Positions 9,879 to 19,935 of a stretch of 64,000 nt of DNA are shown piece by piece. A program made the translations under genes and the position numbers. The notes under the pieces are model-generated. The model was not told the DNA's origin. It worked only from the letters and a program-made list of their open reading frames with translations, and did not search any database. Location of the stretch: positions 18,929-82,928 of the forward strand of contig CANADC010000019.1 in assembly GCA_947347075.1 (NCBI GenBank). Direction: 5' to 3'. This DNA is from an uncultured Clostridia bacterium (GTDB taxonomy: Bacteria; Bacillota; Clostridia; Lachnospirales; Lachnospiraceae). Position 1 is the stretch's first letter. The number at the start of each line of letters is the position of its first letter.

Positions 9879-10465
9879 AGGCTCTCCTTTCTGTTCAGCA
9901 GCGTTTTAAGGCGTTCCATTTTCGCCTGTGCTTTGGCTTTTCTGAAATTCTCCCCGGTAATGCAGACGGGGCAGCACATTTCTGTAAGGCGGTCATAAAT
10001 GCGGGCGTGGGCGGTGTCCTCCGGGTTCTGCAATTCTTTCAGCGTGAGGTTCGTTGTCACGATTAACGGCTTGCCGCTGCGGTATCGGCTGTCAACCACG
10101 TTATAGATTTGCTCTAAGCCGTATTTCGTGCCACGCTCCATGCTGAAATCATCAAGGATAAGCAAGGGGAAGCTGCAAAGGCGGGAGATATATTCGCTGC
10201 GGTCTTTGAAGCTGGCGGCAGCTCCCGCAATACAAGTTTGACCGCATATCGTAATGGGGTATTCTTTATAGGGTGCTTCAAAATATTCGTCTGTTGTGCC
10301 TAAAGGGTAAAACTTTTCTTCTGTGAGGTATTCAAGGGATATTTCCTTTTGCCGCCGTCTGCTCCTGTCACGCCATGCGTTAATAGCCGCAAAGCGTATA
10401 ACGGTCTTGCAATAGCTATTGAACGTATACATGATGTGTTTTCTGTATGCTTCTGTGCAGGGCAT
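9875..10465 (-). pseudogene. DnaC/IstB-like ATPase, degenerate (C-terminal half only)
   Basis: C-terminal half matches the DnaC/IstB family (LLILDDFSMERGT...IVTTNLTLKEL...RIYDRLTEM...ITGENFR). The N-terminal half has no Walker A GxxGxGKT motif and is unrelated. Probably a fused or decayed gene in the GC-rich mobile-element remnant. Confidence 0.5.
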
Positions 10466-10533
10466 AAACGATTCCCTCTTTCTTCCACATAGGGCGTTGC
10501 ATGGTTTACGGTTGCATTTATATAATCTTCCGA

Positions 10534-10851
10534 TTATTCATTAACTCGCTCAACTTTGATAATTACAGGTCTTAATCCGTCATTGCATGAACAAATTGCC
10601 ACACCTTTATGCTTGGGGTCAATCCAATCATCAGAGTACCAACCTTCTGCACCATTTGCCAATGCAAATACATACTGATAGATAGCTTTCCATGCTTCAT
10701 CACAAAAGCCCTCCGGCTTCGCATAGTCGGTATAGAATACCTGTCCTTCTTTCATCAAAGGACATATGCTTAAATTGGGAACGCCATATTCCTTTGCTAA
10801 ATCTTCTTGAAGCGTTGTTTTCAAGATAGTTAATTTACATTTCTTCATCAT
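10534..10851 (-). CDS. Small Cys-containing protein, TIGR04076-like
   Basis: 105 aa, MMKKCKLTILK...CPLMKEG...FCDEAWKAIY...AICSCNDG. The family assignment is from memory. Compact ORF with RBS. Confidence 0.45.
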   Translation of the reverse strand: MMKKCKLTILKTTLQEDLAKEYGVPNLSICPLMKEGQVFYTDYAKPEGFCDEAWKAIYQYVFALANGAEGWYSDDWIDPKHKGVAICSCNDGLRPVIIKVERVNE

Positions 10852-10871
10852 TTTTCAAAGCCCCTTTTCAT

Positions 10872-11453
10872 TTATTCGTAAATTGCTTTTCCAAATTCAT
10901 ATGCTTCCCTTAAATGAGTGGTTTTTGAAATCTGAGGTTTCCCGTTCGTTTCACCACAACCACCAGCAAGCAACATACCTTTATCGTAAAAACCGATATA
11001 GTTTATCAATGTAAACTTATAGTAAGAAACAGCCTGCTCAAACGTCCAAAAAAAGTTATCAGCGGAAGTCATAAGCAAAGCACAATCATGTATGGGATAT
11101 TTCTCATATCGTCCCAAAGGTGGATTCTCGTCTTTTTCTGCTATACAGTAAAAACGTTCAATAAATGCTTTAATTTTTGATGATACAGTCCAGAAATATA
11201 AAGGTGACGCAAATACAATTAAATCCGCCGTTTTTATCTTTGGAACAAGTGAATTAAAATCATCTTTTTGTACACAAGATTTACCATAGCGACAGGCATT
11301 ACAGCCTATGCAGCCATTCACATTCAGTTTGTTCAATGATACCATCTCTACTTGGTGTCCGGCTTCTTTAGCTCCGTTCATAAATGCTTCTGCTAACTGT
11401 GACGTATTTCCATTGACACGCCCGCCGCCTAAAATAACTATTATTCTTTTCAT
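10872..11453 (-). CDS. Flavodoxin-like NAD(P)H-dependent FMN reductase / iron-sulfur flavoprotein
   Basis: MKRIIVILGGGRVNGNTSQLAE (flavodoxin-like nucleotide-binding start). CIGCNACRYGKSC cysteine cluster. ASPLYFW motif. Confidence 0.7.
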   Translation of the reverse strand: MKRIIVILGGGRVNGNTSQLAEAFMNGAKEAGHQVEMVSLNKLNVNGCIGCNACRYGKSCVQKDDFNSLVPKIKTADLIVFASPLYFWTVSSKIKAFIERFYCIAEKDENPPLGRYEKYPIHDCALLMTSADNFFWTFEQAVSYYKFTLINYIGFYDKGMLLAGGCGETNGKPQISKTTHLREAYEFGKAIYE

Positions 11454-11564
11454 GCTTTTTACTCCCTTGCTAAATATCGTTCTTTATGCTATTCTATATT
11501 CGCAATGTCAAAAAGACAAGTACGCACTTTTTTGACAAATACTATCTTTAAGGAAAGTACCTAT

Positions 11565-11912
11565 ATGAGCATGGAAAAATTTGAAAAGAGAATTACTTCT
11601 TTGACTGATACTCCTTTTGGCTATACATTGTCTATGATTGGTGGAAAATGGCGGCTGGTTATTCTCTATTGGCTCGTTGAATACGACACAATACGTTTTA
11701 ACGAACTACAACGAAAAATCGGAACAATCACCTACAAAACATTAAGTACAGAGTTAAAGGCATTGGAAGCAGACGGGCTTATTATCCGTAAAGAATATCC
11801 ACAGATACCGCCAAAAGTTGAGTATAGTCTTTCAAATAAAGGACGTTCCCTCCTCCCCATTATGGAAAGTATGTGTCAATGGGGAACGGAAAACAGCGGA
11901 AAATCTTTTTGA
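11565..11912 (+). CDS. HxlR-family winged-helix transcriptional regulator
   Basis: Start moved to ATG 11565 (RBS AAGGAAAG). GGKWRLVILYWL...RFNELQR...ITYKTLSTELKALEADGLI...PPKVEYSL is the HxlR signature. Divergent from the flavoprotein gene. Confidence 0.75.
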   Translation: MSMEKFEKRITSLTDTPFGYTLSMIGGKWRLVILYWLVEYDTIRFNELQRKIGTITYKTLSTELKALEADGLIIRKEYPQIPPKVEYSLSNKGRSLLPIMESMCQWGTENSGKSF

Positions 11913-12174
11913 CATAAAGGAATGAGAGAGGGATTCCATCATGCTTGTCTTTTGGTCTTTGGTTCGGAATAGTGTGGTGCTGGAGGTCTATCTCTTGTTT
12001 TCGGTTTCTTGTTTCTTTACCGTACATGAGCATTTAGTCGTGGGATGAATTGCTCACATATGTTAATTAAATTTCAAGTAATAATGCTAAAAATAATTGA
12101 TATAACAACATACATCTATTATCGTTTGTATAACGAGGTGATTCTATATGGAAGTGACTCATGGACGTGGATAG

Positions 12175-12270
12175 GTATATTCCATCCAATATCATATTGT
12201 TTGGTGTGTAAAATACAAGCATAAAATGATTACGGCTGATATAGAGAAATGTCTGATAGGGATAGTCAAA
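12175..12270 (+). pseudogene. tnpA: IS200/IS605-family transposase (TnpA) N-terminal fragment
   Basis: Open frame translates VYSIQYHIVWCVKYKHKMITADIEKCLIGIVKSDIRNPL*. The YHIVWC.KY(R/K).K stretch is the characteristic N-terminal strand of IS200 TnpA. Only about 35 codons remain. It is fused at its 3' end to a family-B terminus. Confidence 0.55.
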
Positions 12271-12295
12271 TCGGATATTCGCAATCCGCTTTGAC
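12266..12295 (-). repeat. Repeat family B, terminal 30-bp fragment (inverted), fused to the tnpA fragment
   Basis: AGTCAAATCGGATATTCGCAATCCGCTTTG is the reverse complement of the conserved family B 3' end. Confidence 0.5.
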
Positions 12296-12406
12296 CAATG
12301 CAAAAATTCTAAAATTATTTTTAATAAAAAAAGAAAGAAGGAAATTTAACAAAAAAAAATAAGAATATACTGGAGCAAAGAGAAAAAAGTAGATTGTGAG
12401 ACAATA

Positions 12407-12660
12407 CAGCCAGAGTACTTGAAAGGGAACTGTGACTTCGGAGGAAAGTTAGAAGCTCTTAGACTTCTGTCAATCCACTAGGATTTTTTGCCATTCTCGA
12501 ATGGCAAAAAAAGGGGTGTGTTTAGCCCGCTGTACGGGCGAATTGCACCCCGATCCGTCCGGTTGGATATGCCTAGATTCAGAAGTCTTAGAGCTTCTGC
12601 TTTTCGGAGAGCGGAACAGTTCCCTTTCAAGTACTCTGGCGTTATTTCCGGGGAATTTTT
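12407..12660 (-). repeat. Structured repeat family A, copy A2 (reverse orientation)
   Basis: Same conserved core as A1 in reverse complement. Its outer stem (CAGAGTACTTGAAAGGGAACTG / CAGTTCCCTTTCAAGTACTCTG) and inner stem (GAAGCTCTTAGACTTCTG / CAGAAGTCTTAGAGCTTC) differ from other copies but remain complementary. Confidence 0.8.
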
Positions 12661-12772
12661 TTGGATATGCGTTTCTTCTGCTGTCTGAAAAGGTGGTATC
12701 TTTTTAGATGGTATGTTATAATAGAAAATAAGAATTTTTATAGCTGACTGGAATAAACAAAGGAGGGATTTC

Positions 12773-15700
12773 ATGTCATTACAACTGATTTTAGGCGGTT
12801 CTGGTTCGGGAAAATCGAGATATTTATATCAGGAATTAATTCGGGAGTCTATGGAACATCCAGAGAAAAATTTTCTATTAATTGTACCAGAACAATTTTC
12901 TATGCAAACACAGAAGGATATTGTAGAACTTCATCCCAGACATGGTGTGATGAATATTGATATTTTAAGTTTTGGGCGGCTTTCCTATCGGGTTTTATCG
13001 GAAGTGGGGGCGGCACAGCTTCCCGTTTTGGATGATACCGGAAAAAATCTGCTGCTTCGGAAGGTGCTGGAGAATAAGAAGGAAGAGTTAAAACTTTATG
13101 GGCAGAAACGGCATACACCGGGGATGGTAAGTGAGATAAAATCGGTTGTATCGGAATTTTATCAGTATGGAATTCGGGAAGAAGAGCAGGAGAAAATGCT
13201 GGCATGTGCGAAAAAGAAACCGATGCTTTATGCGAAGTTAAGCGATATGCAGGTTATTATACAGGAATTTGAACGGTTTACAAAGGAGCATTATATTACA
13301 AAAGAGGAGCAGTTAGATGTGCTCTGCCGAATGATACCAGAGTCTAATATGGTAAAGAGAAGCAGTGTCTGGCTGGATGGTTTTACTGGTTTTACACCGA
13401 TTCAGTATCAGTTGATTGGATTGTTATTGATGCTTTCTCCTAAAGTAACTCTGACAGTTACAATAGATGCACGGGAAAATCCCTATCGGATTGGCGGGGA
13501 GCAGGAATTATTTCATATGAGTAAAGAGATGATCTCCCATCTGATCCGTTTGGCGGAGGAACGGCAGATTCCTAAAGAGAAGGATATTGTACTGACAGGG
13601 GAGGAACATCACCGATTCCGGCAGGCAGAGGCACTTTTTTGGCTGGAGAGGAATTTATTTCGTTATCCCTATCTGGCTTATAAGAAAAAGCAGGAGGCAG
13701 TATCGATTCATGTAGCGGGGAATCCGGCAAAAGAGGCGGCATATGTTGCCAGAGAGATTGTCAATTTAGTACGGGAACGGGGGTACCGCTATCGAGATAT
13801 TGCAATTATAGCAGGGGATTTGGAAGGATATCGGGATAGTTTAGAGGAAGTGTTAAATGAAAATCAGCTTCCTTATTTTGTCGATCAGAAAAAGGGAATG
13901 ATGGGAAATCCTTGTGTGGAGTTTATTCGCAGTACATTGGAGATGATAGCAGATAATTTTTCTTATGAGAGTGTTTTTCGTTATTTAAAAAGCAATATGA
14001 CTTCGATTGCACGGGAAGATGTAGATTTATTGGAAAATTATTGTCTGGCTATGGGGATTCGGGGACAGAGACAGTGGGAAAAACTTTGGGTACGCAGTAT
14101 GAAAAAGGACGAGCCGCTTGAGTTAGAGCGGATGAATCAGCTTCGGGAGGCAGTGCTGCTGCCGATTCAAACCCTTTCTTCTGTCTGGAAGCGGAAAAAA
14201 GGAACCGTAAAGGAAAAGATAGAAGCATTATATGGGTTTTTAAAGGAAATCGGTCTGCAGGAGAAAATGGAAGCATATGAGAGTACATTTCGGGAGCAGG
14301 GGCATTTGGCAAAGGAAAAAGAATATAAGCAGGTCTATCCGTTAGTAATGGAATTATTTGATAAAGTGGTGGGACTGCTGGGAGAGGAACAGATTTCGGC
14401 ACAGGAGTTAAACGGGATTTTGGATGCGGGATTTGAAGAATTAAAAGTGGGATTGATTCCTCCTTCGATCGATCAGATTTTAATTGGAGATATGGAGCGG
14501 ACTCGTCTGAATGAAATTCGGGTTTTGTTCTTTTTGGGATTAAATGACGGGATTATTCCTAAGAACAGTGGAAAAGGGGGGATGTTCTCACAGATGGAGC
14601 GGCAGTTTTTAAAAGAAGAGAAGATTACGCTTTCTCCTACGCAAAAAGAAAATGCCTATATTCAGAAGTTCTATCTGTATCTGAATCTGACCAAGCCTTC
14701 TGAACGACTGTATTTAAGTTACAGCAGAAATACGCAGGCGGGTGAAGCAATTCGTCCCTCTTATTTAGTCTATACGATTGAAAAATTATTTCCGGCACTG
14801 GAGCAGGAGGACGAGGAAAAGAGAGAGAAAGAGCTGCAGCAGATTACAACACCAGAGGGGACATTACACTATTGGATTTCGAAGCTGTTAGAATTTAGTC
14901 AAAATCCGATTCAGCAGAATGCCGATCCCATTTTTTTGGAACTGACTTCTTGGTATGCGGGACAAGAAAATTGGAAGGGGCGAATGGATCAACTATTTGA
15001 AGCGGTCTCCTATCACAATACCGAAAGCGGAATAGGAAAGCTGGCAGCGGCGGCACTGTATGGACCGCAGCCGATTAATAGTGTAACTCGGTTAGAACGT
15101 TATGCTGCCTGTGCATTTGCTCATTTTTTAACCTATGGGCTTCGGCTTGCAAAACGTCAGGAATTTGAAATGGCAGCGGTGGATATGGGAAATCTGTTTC
15201 ATAATTCGATTGAGCGTTATTCGAATAAGATAAAGGAAAACGGGATGAAATGGAGTATGGTGACCCCAGAAGATCAGCAGAAGATGGTAAAAGAATCTGT
15301 GGAGGAGGCGTCTGCTGACTATGGAAATCATGTGCTGCAGAGTACGGCAAGAAATGCTTATTTTATTGATCGATTAGAGAGGATTGTAAATCGGACAGTC
15401 TGGGCATTGAAGAAACAGCTGCAGAAAGGAAAGTTTGAGCCAGTTAATTATGAGGTCTTTTTTTCTCCTGCCGATCAGTTAGATGCCCTTACGATTCCGA
15501 TTTCGGATCAGGAAAATATGTACCTTGCCGGACGGTTGGATCGGATGGATCTCTATGAGGATGAAGAACATATCTATATTAAAGTAATTGATTATAAATC
15601 TGGGGTTGCTGAATTTAATCTGTCCTCGGTCTACTATGGTCTGCAGATTCAGCTAGTAGTTTATATGGAAGCGGCAATGGAGACAGAACAGCGGAAGCGG

Positions 15701-16243
15701 GTGGAGAAAACCGTGATTCCTGCAGGAATTTTTTATTATAATATTAAAGATCCGGTAATTGAAGAGACAGAAGAGATGGGAGAGGAACAGATTGAAAGGG
15801 AACTGCTTTCTAAGCTAAAGATGAACGGATTAGTCAACCGTGCATCGGAAGTAATTGCACTTTTAGATTCCTCTATGGATAAACATTCTGATGTCATTCC
15901 GATTAGTTATAATAAAGATGGGAGTTTAAGTAAAAATTCTTCTGCTGTCGATACCAGGCAGTTTGAAGCAGTATCCGCTTATGTACGAAATCGGATACGC
16001 CAAATGGGAGCAGAAATATTAGATGGAAATACACAGATTTCTCCTTATCGGAAGGGAACCGAAACCGGATGTGATTACTGTGAATTTCGGGAGGTCTGCG
16101 GATTTGACGAAAAGAGTACAGGATATGAATACCGAAGACTGCATGAGATGGACAATGAGGATATTTTACAAAAGATGCAGAAAGAAGTAGAGGAAGCAGC
16201 GGGACAAATGATTCGGATAGAGGAGGGAGAAGAGTGGCAGTAA
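12773..16243 (+). CDS. addB: ATP-dependent helicase/deoxyribonuclease subunit B
   Basis: 1156 aa. N-terminal GGSGSGKS Walker A. C-terminal nuclease with Fe-S cysteine cluster (CDYCEFREVCGFD). Followed by and overlapping addA. Confidence 0.9.
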   Translation: MSLQLILGGSGSGKSRYLYQELIRESMEHPEKNFLLIVPEQFSMQTQKDIVELHPRHGVMNIDILSFGRLSYRVLSEVGAAQLPVLDDTGKNLLLRKVLENKKEELKLYGQKRHTPGMVSEIKSVVSEFYQYGIREEEQEKMLACAKKKPMLYAKLSDMQVIIQEFERFTKEHYITKEEQLDVLCRMIPESNMVKRSSVWLDGFTGFTPIQYQLIGLLLMLSPKVTLTVTIDARENPYRIGGEQELFHMSKEMISHLIRLAEERQIPKEKDIVLTGEEHHRFRQAEALFWLERNLFRYPYLAYKKKQEAVSIHVAGNPAKEAAYVAREIVNLVRERGYRYRDIAIIAGDLEGYRDSLEEVLNENQLPYFVDQKKGMMGNPCVEFIRSTLEMIADNFSYESVFRYLKSNMTSIAREDVDLLENYCLAMGIRGQRQWEKLWVRSMKKDEPLELERMNQLREAVLLPIQTLSSVWKRKKGTVKEKIEALYGFLKEIGLQEKMEAYESTFREQGHLAKEKEYKQVYPLVMELFDKVVGLLGEEQISAQELNGILDAGFEELKVGLIPPSIDQILIGDMERTRLNEIRVLFFLGLNDGIIPKNSGKGGMFSQMERQFLKEEKITLSPTQKENAYIQKFYLYLNLTKPSERLYLSYSRNTQAGEAIRPSYLVYTIEKLFPALEQEDEEKREKELQQITTPEGTLHYWISKLLEFSQNPIQQNADPIFLELTSWYAGQENWKGRMDQLFEAVSYHNTESGIGKLAAAALYGPQPINSVTRLERYAACAFAHFLTYGLRLAKRQEFEMAAVDMGNLFHNSIERYSNKIKENGMKWSMVTPEDQQKMVKESVEEASADYGNHVLQSTARNAYFIDRLERIVNRTVWALKKQLQKGKFEPVNYEVFFSPADQLDALTIPISDQENMYLAGRLDRMDLYEDEEHIYIKVIDYKSGVAEFNLSSVYYGLQIQLVVYMEAAMETEQRKRVEKTVIPAGIFYYNIKDPVIEETEEMGEEQIERELLSKLKMNGLVNRASEVIALLDSSMDKHSDVIPISYNKDGSLSKNSSAVDTRQFEAVSAYVRNRIRQMGAEILDGNTQISPYRKGTETGCDYCEFREVCGFDEKSTGYEYRRLHEMDNEDILQKMQKEVEEAAGQMIRIEEGEEWQ

Positions 16244-19200
16244 ATTGGACAAAGGAACAGGAACAGGTTATCTATTTAAGGAATAGGGCAATTTTGGTTT
16301 CGGCAGCGGCAGGTTCAGGAAAAACAGCCGTTTTGGTAGAACGAATTATTCAGATGATTACAGATCGGGAGAATCCGGTGGATATTGACCGGCTTTTAAT
16401 TGTTACATTTACCAATGCTGCGGCTGCAGAGATGAGAGAACGAATTACTTCTGCTATTGAACGAGCGTTAGAAGATGCCCCAGAAGATGCCCATTTACAG
16501 AGACAGCAGACATTAGTTCATACGGCACAAATTATGACAATTGACAGTTTTTGTCTGAGTGTGATTCGAGATCACTTTGATCTGTTAGACTTTGATCCCT
16601 CTTTTCGAATCGGAGATGAGGGGGAGAGAAAACTGTTAAAATCAGATGTAGTAGCAGGACTGTTAGAGGATTACTACAGCGAGGCAGATCCGGAGTTTTT
16701 TCATTTTGTAGAGAGTTATTCAACCGGAAAAAATGACAGCGGATTAGAAGACTTGATTTTGCGGCTCTATGAATTTGCAATGAGTTATCCCGATCCGGAG
16801 GAATGGCTAAAAGGCTGTTTAAATGAATACCCTATGGAGGAACAAGCCAATGAAGAAGCTTTGGATCAGGAAACAATGGAACAGGCTTATAGAAAAGCAT
16901 TAGAGCAGACCAAATCCGTACAGTTTTTAATGGAATATCTAAAAAAACTCATCACGGACTGCTGCAGTCAGTTGGATCTGGCAAAACAGATCTGCAGCCA
17001 GGAGAGAGGTCCCTATCAGTATCTTCCAGCTATTGAGTCAGATTTCTATTATTTAGAAAAATTGGTGCAGTGTAAATCCTATCAAAGTTTTGGAAAGGCT
17101 TTAAAAGAAGTAAACTTTATCCGCTTATCCTCAAAAAAAGATTCCTCGATCGATGCTGAAAAAAAGGCAAGAGTCAAAGAGATTCGAGATCGAATCAAAG
17201 AGGAAATTCGGGGAATCGGAAAGCAGTTCTATTTTCAGCCAATCGATAAGATGCTGGAAAATATGGCAAATGTAAGCAAGACTATGGCGGTAATGGTAAG
17301 GCTGACATTAGACTTTCATACCAGATATCAGGCAAAAAAAAGGGAACGCAATTTAATGGATTTTTCGGATGTAGAACATTTGGCACTTAATATCCTGACC
17401 GAACAGACAAAAGAGGGAAGAGTGCCGTCACTGATTGCAAAAGAATATCGGGATCAGTTTACAGAGATTATGATCGATGAATATCAGGACAGCAATTTAG
17501 TACAGGAAGCAATTTTATTTAGCGTTTCCCGTTATCAGGAAGAAATTCCCAATGTCTTTATGGTAGGAGATGTAAAACAAAGCATCTATAAGTTTCGTTT
17601 AGCAAGACCCGAGCTTTTTGTGGAAAAATATCAGACATATACCACAGAAGAAAGCAATTATCAAAAAATTGATCTCCATAAAAACTTCCGCAGCCGTCCA
17701 GAGGTCTTACAGAGCGTAAATGATATCTTTTATCAGATTATGCGGAAAGAATTAGGAGGCGTAACCTATGACAATGCAGCAGCACTCTATCCGGGAGCAG
17801 CATTTCCAGAAGGCGGTTCAGAGGCACAGGAGCGAAAGACCGAGTTACTGTTGATCAATAAATCCCAAGAAGAGGATACCACCGATCTGGTAACGGCAGA
17901 AATGACAGCTCTGGTAATGGAAGCAAAGGTAATAGCCGGTCAGATTCGAAGACTGACCCATCCAGATACCGGTCTGAAAGTTCTAGACAAAAAGTCGGGT
18001 ACCTATCGGACTGCACAGTACAGGGATATTGTTGTCCTTTTGCGTACAGTAGCAGGATGGGGAGAGACGATTGTAACGATCTGCATGGAAGAAGGAATTC
18101 CTGCCCATACCCAGTCCCAGACCGGATATTTTACCGCCTTGGAAGTACAGACGGTATTAAACCTATTAAGAATTATTGACAATCCCAGACAGGACATTCC
18201 ATTAGCAGGGGTTCTGCACTCGCCGATTGGACATTTCAGCAGTTTAGAACTGGCAAAGATCCGCTCGGCTCATTTAGAAGGCGATCTCTATGAAGCACTG
18301 CTTTCTCCAGTTGGAGAAGAAGAACTAGATAAAAAAGTAAAAGCATTTTTAGAACAGTTAGAATATTTCCGGGATCAAGCAGCATGTACCCCTATTCATG
18401 AATTAATACGATTAGTCTTAAAAGTAACAGGTTATGGAGATTATGCCGCTTCCATGCCGGCAGGAACAAAACGAAGAATGAATTTAGATATGCTGTTAGA
18501 AAAAGCGATTGCCTTTGAAGCAACCAGTTATCGGGGTGTCTTTCACTTTATCCGCTATATTGAAAAACTCAACCAATATGAGGTGGACTTCGGAGAAGCA
18601 TCGATTGTAAATGAACAGGACAATACCGTTCGGATTATGAGTATCCATAAGAGCAAAGGACTGGAATTTCCGATTGTTATTGTAGCCGGAATGGGAAAAA
18701 AGATTAATCAAATGGATGCTATGCAGAAAGCAGTGATTCATCCCGACTTAGGAGTGGGATTAGATTTTGTAAATTATGAACGCAGAACGAAAGCTCCTGT
18801 TTTAATCAAGCGAATTATTCAAAAAAGTATTCGTTTAGAAAACCTTGGAGAAGAACTGCGGATTTTATATGTAGCACTGACAAGGGCAAAAGAAAAGCTG
18901 ATTTTAACCGGTGTAACAGATAAGATGACAGAACGATATGAAAAGTGGCGGAGAGAAACAAACGGAGGAGCGGCACTGTCCTATGCTTCCCTTGCAAAAG
19001 CAGAGTCCTATCTGGATTGGATTGTACCGGCGATCACAAAAGAAAGTTGTGAAGTTACATTTTATACACCAAAGGGAGTTGCGGAGGGAGAGATTCTGCG
19101 GCAGAAAGAAAATATGGATTTATCCGATTATCAGAAGAAACTGGATTTTTCGCAATGTTTTGATCCTCAGTTAAGAGAAGAGATAGAAAAGAGGTTTTCT

Positions 19201-19905
19201 TATCTGTATCCTTATCAGAAAGAAATGTCACTTTATGCAAAAACTTCCGTATCGGAGCAGAAACGTTTGAATCAAAGAGAAATGGAAGCAGAAGAAGATA
19301 CGGCATTATTAATCGAACAAAAAGAAGAGATTCTGCCGAAATTTATGCAGGGAAAATTAGAAGGTGTGGGAGGAGCAACACGAGGAACCGCCTATCATAT
19401 TTTTTTGGAAAATATGAATTTAGCAGAATTTGATGGAATGGAAGAGAACGAGATTTCAAAACGAATCGGGCAGTTAAAGCGGCAGTTAGTGGAGGAAAAG
19501 AAACTTTCAAAAGAAAATGCTAAGTTGATTTGGAATCAGAGAATTGTGGCGTTTTTAACTTCTCAGACGGCAAAGCGGATGCGGGAAGCGGAAAAGAGAG
19601 GGCAGATTTATCGGGAGACGCAGTTTGTAGTGGGGATTCCTGCTTGGAAGTTATATCGGGAGACAGAGAGTCAGGAGTTAATTTTACTGCAGGGGGTGAT
19701 TGATGTTTATTTTGAGGAGGAGGGGAAGTTGGTACTGTTGGATTATAAGACAGATGCAGTTTATGAAGGGCAGGAGGAAGTGCTGGTGATGCGGTATGAG
19801 AGGCAGTTTGAACTTTATAAAATGGCATTGGAGCAGATGACGGGGGAGGAAGTTGGGGAGATGATATTGTATTCTTTTGGATTGGGGAAAGAGATTCGAA
19901 TTTAA
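16234..19905 (+). CDS. addA: ATP-dependent helicase/nuclease subunit A
   Basis: 1223 aa. UvrD-like helicase (SAAAGSGKT Walker A, DEYQDSN) with C-terminal RecB-type nuclease. 10-nt overlap with addB. Confidence 0.9.
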   Translation: MAVNWTKEQEQVIYLRNRAILVSAAAGSGKTAVLVERIIQMITDRENPVDIDRLLIVTFTNAAAAEMRERITSAIERALEDAPEDAHLQRQQTLVHTAQIMTIDSFCLSVIRDHFDLLDFDPSFRIGDEGERKLLKSDVVAGLLEDYYSEADPEFFHFVESYSTGKNDSGLEDLILRLYEFAMSYPDPEEWLKGCLNEYPMEEQANEEALDQETMEQAYRKALEQTKSVQFLMEYLKKLITDCCSQLDLAKQICSQERGPYQYLPAIESDFYYLEKLVQCKSYQSFGKALKEVNFIRLSSKKDSSIDAEKKARVKEIRDRIKEEIRGIGKQFYFQPIDKMLENMANVSKTMAVMVRLTLDFHTRYQAKKRERNLMDFSDVEHLALNILTEQTKEGRVPSLIAKEYRDQFTEIMIDEYQDSNLVQEAILFSVSRYQEEIPNVFMVGDVKQSIYKFRLARPELFVEKYQTYTTEESNYQKIDLHKNFRSRPEVLQSVNDIFYQIMRKELGGVTYDNAAALYPGAAFPEGGSEAQERKTELLLINKSQEEDTTDLVTAEMTALVMEAKVIAGQIRRLTHPDTGLKVLDKKSGTYRTAQYRDIVVLLRTVAGWGETIVTICMEEGIPAHTQSQTGYFTALEVQTVLNLLRIIDNPRQDIPLAGVLHSPIGHFSSLELAKIRSAHLEGDLYEALLSPVGEEELDKKVKAFLEQLEYFRDQAACTPIHELIRLVLKVTGYGDYAASMPAGTKRRMNLDMLLEKAIAFEATSYRGVFHFIRYIEKLNQYEVDFGEASIVNEQDNTVRIMSIHKSKGLEFPIVIVAGMGKKINQMDAMQKAVIHPDLGVGLDFVNYERRTKAPVLIKRIIQKSIRLENLGEELRILYVALTRAKEKLILTGVTDKMTERYEKWRRETNGGAALSYASLAKAESYLDWIVPAITKESCEVTFYTPKGVAEGEILRQKENMDLSDYQKKLDFSQCFDPQLREEIEKRFSYLYPYQKEMSLYAKTSVSEQKRLNQREMEAEEDTALLIEQKEEILPKFMQGKLEGVGGATRGTAYHIFLENMNLAEFDGMEENEISKRIGQLKRQLVEEKKLSKENAKLIWNQRIVAFLTSQTAKRMREAEKRGQIYRETQFVVGIPAWKLYRETESQELILLQGVIDVYFEEEGKLVLLDYKTDAVYEGQEEVLVMRYERQFELYKMALEQMTGEEVGEMILYSFGLGKEIRI

Positions 19906-19935
19906 GCGAATGATTTGAATTTAAACGAATATATG

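Noticed and set aside
12067-12303. 78-aa minus-strand ORF (MHWSKRIANIRFDYPY...)
   Set aside because: It is the antisense shadow of the IS200 tnpA fragment plus family B terminus on the + strand. It has no RBS and no homology signal.
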